This document shows, piece by piece, positions 56,376-64,000 of a DNA stretch of 64,000 bases (position 1 is its first letter; each line of letters opens with the position of its first letter). The translations under genes and the position numbers were made by a program. The stretch spans positions 186,001-250,000 of the forward strand of contig OZ025790.1 in the NCBI GenBank assembly GCA_964019425.1. The letters run 5' to 3'. This stretch comes from Flectonema sp. DT1601 (Eukaryota). The notes beneath the pieces were generated by a model, which saw only the letters and a program-made list of their open reading frames with translations, ran no database searches and was not told where the DNA came from.

Positions 56376-56564
56376 CTATGCAACGAGACCACCCACATCC
56401 ATTGCTATTCTAGGTGCTGGACCCCTAACCATCCCTGGAGGCCTTACAAGTATTGGAGCTGGTGTTCCATGACTCTCTATCATAACACATTCTCCAGTAC
56501 CAACTTTCTTCACACAACGATCACTTAGTGAAGGAACCTTCGTTGAGATTGGCTGACTTGACAT
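56376..56564 (-). CDS. Possible small protein or uORF, 62 aa
   Basis: ATG-initiated ORF on the gene-bearing strand with coding-like base composition (no homopolymer tracts); no recognisable motif. Confidence 0.3.
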   Translation of the reverse strand: MSSQPISTKVPSLSDRCVKKVGTGECVMIESHGTPAPILVRPPGMVRGPAPRIAMDVGGLVA

Positions 56565-57153
56565 GTGTAGGAGGTGTAATTAGATCAGTCTAGTTGATTT
56601 AAAAGTGTTATAGAAAGATAACTGTCCATTAATTCAGAACTTCACAACTTAACAAATTAAAATTATACTTTCTTACTCTCCAATGACATGTCGTGTGTTT
56701 CTGGTTAAAAATATAAAATAGATTTCTACTTACAATTACTTTTTTAAAAATTGAAAAAAAATAAAAAATGCAAAATTTACTTTTTTTTTTTTTTTTTTTT
56801 CTTCTTGTTTTTTTTTAAAACAACTTCTCTGAAACTGAAAAACTCGTGGGCTCCTGCTCTACTCATAGAATAAGAGCAGAAGTCTTCACACCTACTTTTT
56901 CTTATAAAGAAATAATACAAGGATACCAAAATGACTATTTAGCCTTTCTTCCATATTTTATTTAGTCTTATCTTAGAGATAAAAACGGTGTTGGAAGAAC
57001 ACTAAAACAAAAATAAAAACAACGAGAGAGACAGGGGAAACCGATTTGGTTAAATATCAATTTATATTTTCAGTTTTTTTTTTCCCCTTTTACCTTTTAT
57101 TCGCCCACCCAATAAAAATAAAAACGAGTGTTAACTGACTAAAAGAGAGTTTT

Positions 57154-57594
57154 TCACAGGATAAGACGAGCAGCAGTGAATCCAGTGATTGAAAGTCCAC
57201 CAACGTATGACAACGCTCTCCATGGCTGAACACCAAGGAGGTAGCAGAAGGCGTGGATGAACCTGAAAGCGACAAAGGCCCAGATGAGATTAATATCAGC
57301 CTCCGTAGCCTTTCCGGAAAGTCCCAACATCAATGCGGCACTAAACCAGAACGGTTCGTTCTCATAAGCGTTGCTGACGACTGACAACAAACGATCAGTG
57401 TTCTTAAAACTTGGTCCGTACGCTACCAACATTAACTTCATTACTGCCGCAACTGGTCCTCCGATGCTGTTGTCTTCCTCCACCTTGTACGTGCTGGTCA
57501 TAATTCTCGTTCTGACGGTTGCCATGTGAGTAAGAACCAACTTCATGGTCAACATACCAACTCCCTTGCTGAGTGCGAGTGTGTAGTCAGACAT
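57154..57594 (-). CDS. MAPEG family protein (MGST1/PTGES-like), copy 1
   Basis: 146 aa, four hydrophobic segments, NAYENEPFW and FVAFRFIHAFCYL..QPWR motifs. Confidence 0.88.
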   Translation of the reverse strand: MSDYTLALSKGVGMLTMKLVLTHMATVRTRIMTSTYKVEEDNSIGGPVAAVMKLMLVAYGPSFKNTDRLLSVVSNAYENEPFWFSAALMLGLSGKATEADINLIWAFVAFRFIHAFCYLLGVQPWRALSYVGGLSITGFTAARLIL

Positions 57595-58468
57595 TTTAAT
57601 GACGAGTTGGTTTTAAAAAGTGGAAAGCTGTGGAAAGTTAAAATAATTACAAAACACTTTCCCAGTTCCACAACATACAAAACAACTAAAATACGCATCG
57701 ATGACATCTATGATGGAATCCTGAAGGGGAATAATATTATTTTCTTATTTTAAAACTCTCAACACCAGCTCTTCATCGCAAATGGGTTAAAATTTAACTC
57801 CTTTGAAAGAATTCTGACAGGCAACACGATGACAATTTCTTATCAAACCGTTAATTGTTTATTACCTTGTGAATAGCAGGGAACACACAGTATTTGCAAC
57901 ACACTTCTACTAAAAGATTAGAATGATATCACATGGTGAACTCTACACAACAACGAAACAGTAGCAACGTAACACTCAATCTTGTTAGGATTGTTGTGTC
58001 ATCGTCAGCTTTCCATCACATTGTCTGATTGTAGGCAGAAGTTTCTGATGTAGAGATCACGGAGTAGCAACAAATACAGAAGTTCACCTACACAACACAA
58101 TTTAATTATAATAATAAAAACATCACCATGATAAAAGAAGATAGTATTAACTATAGATAGTGGCAGTTATCACAAATAAATAAATAAATAAATAATCAAC
58201 TCAATCAAGGTTCTCTGAAACAGAAAGACTTGCGGGCTCCTGCGCTACCAATGAAATAGTCCACAAAGTAGTGCAGAAGTCTTCTTACTCGAAAATTATA
58301 AATGAAATAGGAAATAATATGAATACTTTATAAAGCATTTCTTCGGAGGGGAATTGCTTTTCGTCTTTCTTTCGTTGTTGTTTCTTGCTCTTACTCAATG
58401 AAAAGGAAGAGAAATGAAAATAAACGGAAAATTCAAAAACGAGTGCTAACTGACCAAAAGAGAGCTTA

Positions 58469-58909
58469 TCAGAGGATAAGACGAGCAGCAGTGAATCCAG
58501 TGATTGAAAGTCCACCAACGTATGACAACGCTCTCCATGGCTGAACACCAAGGAGGTAGCAGAAGGCGTGGATGAACCTGAATGCGACAAAGGCCCAGAT
58601 GAGATTAATATCAGCCTCCGTAGCCTTTCCAGAAAGTCCCAACATCAATGCGGCACTAAACCAGAACGGTTCGTTCTCATAAGCGTTGCTGACGACTGAC
58701 AACAAACGATCGGTGTTCTCAAAACTTGGTCCGTACGCTACCAACAACAACCTCATTACTGCCGCAACTGGTCCACCGATGCCGTGATCTTCCTTCACTT
58801 TGTACGTACTGGTCATCATCCTCGTTCTGACAGTTGCCATGTGAGTAAGAACCAACTTCATGGTCAACATACCAACTCCCTTGCCGAGTGCGAGTGTGTA
58901 GTCAGACAT
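58469..58909 (-). CDS. MAPEG family protein, copy 2
   Basis: Near-identical paralog of 57154..57594. Confidence 0.88.
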   Translation of the reverse strand: MSDYTLALGKGVGMLTMKLVLTHMATVRTRMMTSTYKVKEDHGIGGPVAAVMRLLLVAYGPSFENTDRLLSVVSNAYENEPFWFSAALMLGLSGKATEADINLIWAFVAFRFIHAFCYLLGVQPWRALSYVGGLSITGFTAARLIL

Positions 58910-60015
58910 TTTAATGACGAGTTGGTTTTAAAAAGTGGAAAGCTGTGGAAAGTTAAAATAATTACAAAACACTTTCCCAGTTCCACACAACATACAAAAC
59001 AACTAAAATACGCATCGATGACACCTATGATGGAATCCTGAAGGGGAATAATATTATTTTCTTATTTTGAAACTCCCAACACCAGCTCTTCATCGCAAAT
59101 GGGTTAAAATTTAACTCCTTTGAAAGAATTCTGACAGGCAACACGATGACAATTTCTTATCAAACCGTTAATTGTTTATTACCTTGTGAATAGCAGGGAA
59201 CACACAGTATTTGCAACACACTTCTACTAAAAGATTAGAATGATATCACATGGTGAACTCTACACAACAACGAAACAGTAGCAACGTAACACTCAATCTT
59301 GTTAGGATTGTTGTGTCATCGTCAGCTTTCCATCACATTGTCTGATTGTAGGCAGAAGTTACTGATGTAGAGATCACGGAGTAGCAACAAATACAGAAGT
59401 TCACCCACACAACACAAAATATAAAAGAAGGGAAGACTAATAAAAACACATTGTTCTGCTGTTCCATAGTTAGTTATATAATCCATTGCTGTATATTATG
59501 AGTGCCCTAGGAGGGTAACTCACAGTAACAACTGAGGACCCAATAGTATTAACTATAGATAGTGGCAGTTATCACAAATAAATAAATAAATAAATAATCA
59601 ACTCAATCAAGGTTCTCTGAAACAGAAAGACTTGCGGGCTCCTGCGCTACCAATGAAATAGTCCACAAAGTAGTGCAGAAGTCTTCTTACTCGAAAATTA
59701 TAAATGAAATAGGAAATAATATGAATACTTTATAAAGTGAAAGTGAAACTTTGACAATGCAAAAACAGTAACAACTTTTGGTATAAAAAGAAAATTAATA
59801 TCAAGGGAAAATTATATTTGTTATCTTGTTGACCAGAAGACGTTGTCGAATCAGGTAATTCGGGGACTACGTACTATCAGGTTGAGTCTTCGGAGGAGAA
59901 TTGTTTTTCGTCTTTCTTTCGTTGTTGTTTCTTGCTCTTACTCAATGAAAAGGAAGAGAAAGGAAAATAAACAGAAAATTCAAAAACGAGTGTTAACTGA
60001 CCAAAAGAGAGCTTA

Positions 60016-60456
60016 TCAGAGGATAAGACGAGCAGCAGTGAATCCAGTGATTGAAAGTCCACCAACGTATGACAACGATCTCCATGGCTGAATTTGAAGG
60101 AGGTAGCAGAAGGCGTGGATGAATCTGAATGCGACAAAGGCCCAGATGAGATTAATATCAGCCTCCGTAGCCTTTCCAGAAAGTCCCAACATCAATGCGG
60201 CACCAAACCAGAACGGTTCGTTCTCATAAGCGTTGCTGACGACTGACAACAAACGGTCAGTGTTCTCAAAACTTGGTCCGTACGCTACCAACAACAACCT
60301 CATTACTGCCGCAACTGGTCCACCCATGCCGTGATCTTCCTTCACCTTGTACGTACTGGTCATCATCCTCGTTCTGACGGTTGCCATGTGAGTAAGAGCC
60401 AACTTCATGGTCAACATACCAACTCCCTTGCTGAGTGCGAGTGTGTAGTCAGACAT
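60016..60456 (-). CDS. MAPEG family protein, copy 3
   Basis: Near-identical paralog; distinct patch LQIQPWRSL. Confidence 0.88.
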   Translation of the reverse strand: MSDYTLALSKGVGMLTMKLALTHMATVRTRMMTSTYKVKEDHGMGGPVAAVMRLLLVAYGPSFENTDRLLSVVSNAYENEPFWFGAALMLGLSGKATEADINLIWAFVAFRFIHAFCYLLQIQPWRSLSYVGGLSITGFTAARLIL

Positions 60457-61307
60457 TTTAATGACGAGTTGGTTTTAAAAAGTGGAAAGCTGTGGAAAGT
60501 TAAAATAATTACAAAACACTTTCCCAGTTCCACACAACATACAAAACAACTAAAATACGCATCGATGACATCTATGATAGAATCCTGAAGGGGAATAATA
60601 TTATTTTCTTATTTTAAAACTCTCAACACCAGCTCTTCATCGCAAATGGGTTAAAATTTAACTCCTTTGAAAGAATTCTGACAGGCAACACGATGACAAT
60701 TTCTTATCAAACCGTTAATTGTTTATTACCTTGTGAATAGCAGGGAACACACAATTTAATTATAATCATAATAACAATTATAATAAAAACAGCATCCTAT
60801 TATAAGTTAGTTGGAATATGAGTTTATTTTAAAAAAAGTGCGCCAAATCAAAAAAATATAAAAAAAGGGAAGACTAATAAAAACACATTGTTCTGCTGTT
60901 CCATAGTTAGTTATATAATCCATTGCTGTATATTATGAGTGCCCTAGGAGGGTAACTCACAGTAACAACTGAGGACCCAATAGTATTAATTATAGATAGT
61001 GGCAGTTATCACAAATAAATAAATAAATAAATAATCAACTCAATCAAGGTTCTCTGAAACAGAAAGACTTGCGGGCTCCTGCGCTACCAATGAAATAGTC
61101 CACAAAGTAGTGCAGAAGTCTTCTTACTCGAAAATTATAAATGAAATAGGAAATAATATGAATACTTTATAAAGCATTTCTTCGGAGGGGAATTGCTTTT
61201 CGTCTTTCTTTCGTTGTTGTTTCTTGCTCTTACTCAATGAAAAGGAAGAGAAAGGAAAATAAACAGAAAATTCAAAAACGAGTGCTAACTGACCAAAAGA
61301 GAGCTTA

Positions 61308-61748
61308 TCAGAGGATAAGACGAGCAGCAGTGAATCCAGTGATTGAAAGTCCACCAACGTATGACAACGCTCTCCATGGCTGAACACCAAGGAGGTAGCA
61401 GAAGGCGTGGATGAACCTGAATGCGACAAAGGCCCAGATGAGATTAATATCAGCCTCCGTAGCCTTTCCAGAAAGTCCCAACATCAATGCGGCACTAAAC
61501 CAGAACGGTTCGTTCTCATAAGCGTTGCTGACGACTGACAACAAACGATCGGTGTTCTCAAAACTTGGTCCGTACGCTACCAACAACAACCTCATTACTG
61601 CCGCAACTGGTCCACCGATGCCGTGATCTTCCTTCACTTTGTACGTACTGGTCATCATCCTCGTTCTGACGGTTGCCATGTGAGTAAGAGCCAACTTCAT
61701 GGTCAACATACCAACTCCCTTGCCGAGTGCGAGTGTGTAGTCAGACAT
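61308..61748 (-). CDS. MAPEG family protein, copy 4
   Basis: Differs from copy 2 by one residue (KLAL vs KLVL). Confidence 0.88.
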   Translation of the reverse strand: MSDYTLALGKGVGMLTMKLALTHMATVRTRMMTSTYKVKEDHGIGGPVAAVMRLLLVAYGPSFENTDRLLSVVSNAYENEPFWFSAALMLGLSGKATEADINLIWAFVAFRFIHAFCYLLGVQPWRALSYVGGLSITGFTAARLIL

Positions 61749-62560
61749 TTTAATGACGAGTTGGTTTTAAAAAGTGGAAAGCTGTGGAAAGTTATAATAA
61801 TTACAAAACACTTTCCCAGTTCCACACAACATACAAAACAACTAAAATACGCATCGATGACATCTATGATAGAATCCTGAAGGGGAATAATATTATTATT
61901 TTATTTTGAAACTCTCAACACCAGCTTTTCGTCGTAGAACTATTTTCATTTCTGCTTTCTGTTTTTTTTTATGTTGTTTTATTCATTTCATTTTTACTAA
62001 ATTTTCAGATATGATCAAATAATTTTTTTTTCTTTTTTTTCCGCAAGCAAAATAAAAGAGCAAAAAAAAGCACTGAAAAGGAAAAGAAAAAAACGATAAC
62101 AACAAACGTAAGGCATTTCATAGGTTTATTTAAACTCGTTTGAAAGAAGAACAAAAAACTGATAGGTAACACAGTGACAATTTTTGTAGAACCGCGTCCA
62201 CACAGTAAGCTGCAGTTTAAATATTCACCACCAAAAAATACCGTTATTGTTTTGTTTTATTTTGTGAATAGCAGGGAACACACAGTATTTGTAACACACT
62301 TCTACTAAAAGATTAGAATGATATCACATGGTGAACTCTACACAACAACGAAACAGTAGCAACGTAACACTCAATCTTGTTAGGATTGTTGTGTCATCGT
62401 CAGCTTTCCATCACATTGTCTGATTGTAGGCAGAAGTTACTGATGTAGAGACCATGACTAACGACCATCTGTCAATATAAAAAAAATTTTTTTTCTTCAC
62501 ATGTGAATAGCAAAACACAGAATTTCACCCACGCAACACAAATTATATTTAAAAAAAAAA

Positions 62561-62595
<35 letters not shown>

Positions 62596-63334
62596 CACCA
62601 TGATGAAAATAATACATGCGAGAAAGATATTAATACAATAAGAGGGAGAATAAATGACTAACTTGATGATACTCTCTTTGAGCTGCATCATGAAAGGTAA
62701 AGAATGAAAATATTTTATTTTACTTATTTATTTTACGAAGCCAAGGAATCCAGCTCAACAGAGGGGTAACAGCAATATCGCTACCAGCCAACCACGAGAC
62801 TCTCACAGACGATAAGAGACGTAGAACAACCTGAAACGTACAACCACCGCCTGCGCGAGCAGACAGTGTTAGAGACGGCTGATAGTTAGAATATGAGTTT
62901 ATTATAAAAAAGTGCACTAAAATAAAATATAAAAAAGAAAAGTTATAAAAACACATTGTTCTGCTGTTCCATAGTGATAGTTAGTATCATTAATTTTAGA
63001 ACAGAAAAAGTGAGAATAAGAAAAGTAGAGATTAGTAAAAGAAAAGTATTCATTTCTGCAGTTTCCTAACATCAAAGGGTAATAGAATATGTAGTTTCAG
63101 GAGCCTTAATCTTATACTACTTGTCCCTTTTTAGTCCTTCATCAGTAAGTTCTAAGGGACTTCATTCTATGTTGAAGTTGCTATCGTTCAAAGATGAATG
63201 CTGTTCTATAATGATAGTTAGTCAGTTATATAATCCAACGTTACTGTATATTATGAGTGCTAGGCTGATGACGCATAATTTTCTAAATAAGACGAAAAGG
63301 TGTTCTAAACGAAATAACATTGTAACCCAGAGAA

Positions 63335-63429
63335 TAGTAATTCTGAACACAGCGAAATAGAAAAAAAATATCTGGACATAAAATAACGTCTCTTAGTCAG
63401 AATAAGTTTCTTCTCCGACTTTTTCGGTG
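63335..63429 (+). repeat. Dispersed hairpin repeat, copy E (degenerate 3' part)
   Basis: gacataaaataacgtctcttagtcagaataagtttcttctccgactttttcggtg + A-run. Confidence 0.7.
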
Positions 63430-64000
63430 AAAAAAAAATAAAAAAATAAAAAAAATAAAATGGAAAGGCAACAAAAGTGATTTTGCTGATGTCTCCCCAT
63501 GTTGATAATTATGTACGAGAAAAAAAAAAAACGAAATGAGTCCATCTGCTGAGACATCCTATTTTCATGCATACTACGAACAGTTAGACAGCAGTCAATG
63601 TTGTTGTTGTTGTTGTTGTTGTTTTTTTTTTTTTTTCCCCTTCCAGTTAAAGAGGTTTCTAACTCAGAAAAATCATCACAAAACATATTTCACAGAAAAA
63701 AGTGATTAAAAAAAAAAAAAAACCCACTAAAAAAAATGGCTTAAAAAACAGAGATTTTAGTCTCACCCCTATTTCAATTATCAAATTGACAAGTGATCGT
63801 ACTATCAACTTTGTTAGTATTAAAACGATCATCAGTCAATTAATAAAAAAAACAACAACAAAAAATTTCAATCAAATGCGTTTGTAGCTGAGTTAGTTAA
63901 TAAGAGGATGGTCTCTCTTTTTCTCTTTTAGAGGGATAAACGATGATGTTGACACCTAACATCCGATAAATACATCAGCGATGCCAATACTCGCACGATT

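Larger units (their letters stand above)
56826..62452. repeat. Tandem gene array (units of 1315, 1547 and 1292 bp) with modular spacers
   Basis: Spacer blocks recur: tctctgaaac...gggctcctgc (56826, 58212, 59594, 61031); gggaacacacagtatttg...gatgtagaga (57879, 59196, 62274); ataaaaacacattgttctgctgttccatag (59440, 60877, 62945). Confidence 0.9.

Noticed and set aside
57595..62452. CRISPR-like repeat/spacer array
   Set aside because: Repeats are kb-scale tandem gene units, not short repeats with unique spacers.
62720..62890. GC-richer island that might be an exon or ncRNA
   Set aside because: No ATG-led ORF with recognisable motifs and no identifiable RNA structure; insufficient evidence.

Overview
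AT-rich eukaryotic (protist) genomic DNA with long poly-A/poly-T intergenic tracts. All ~20 credible protein genes lie on the minus strand across the whole 64 kb. That layout, a few short GT-AG cis-introns and a giant Cys-rich surface protein suggest a euglenozoan, most likely a diplonemid (inference). Genes in coordinate order: a secreted/surface protein running off the window start (missed by the ORF track), a 545-aa Cys-rich type I membrane protein, calcyphosin-like EF-hand protein, NSRP1-like splicing factor, mitochondrial carrier, frataxin, ferroportin, CYB5D1, a 3401-aa Cys-rich repeat receptor, a beta-trefoil+glycosyltransferase-like protein, a spliced poly-His coiled-coil protein, an SOS1/SLC9C-like Na+/H+ exchanger, a SAC9-like phosphoinositide phosphatase, MON1 (3 exons), a 2083-aa ARM protein, a spliced MORN+PDZ protein and four tandem MAPEG genes. 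Non-genic highlights: a 1.8-kb decayed Sola2-type DNA transposon; a 768-bp TIR element with a 6-bp TSD carrying a tRNA-derived fragment; a ~125-nt structured repeat in five same-orientation copies in putative 3'UTR/intergenic DNA; and five reconstructed introns whose 3' ends are A/C-rich instead of polypyrimidine.
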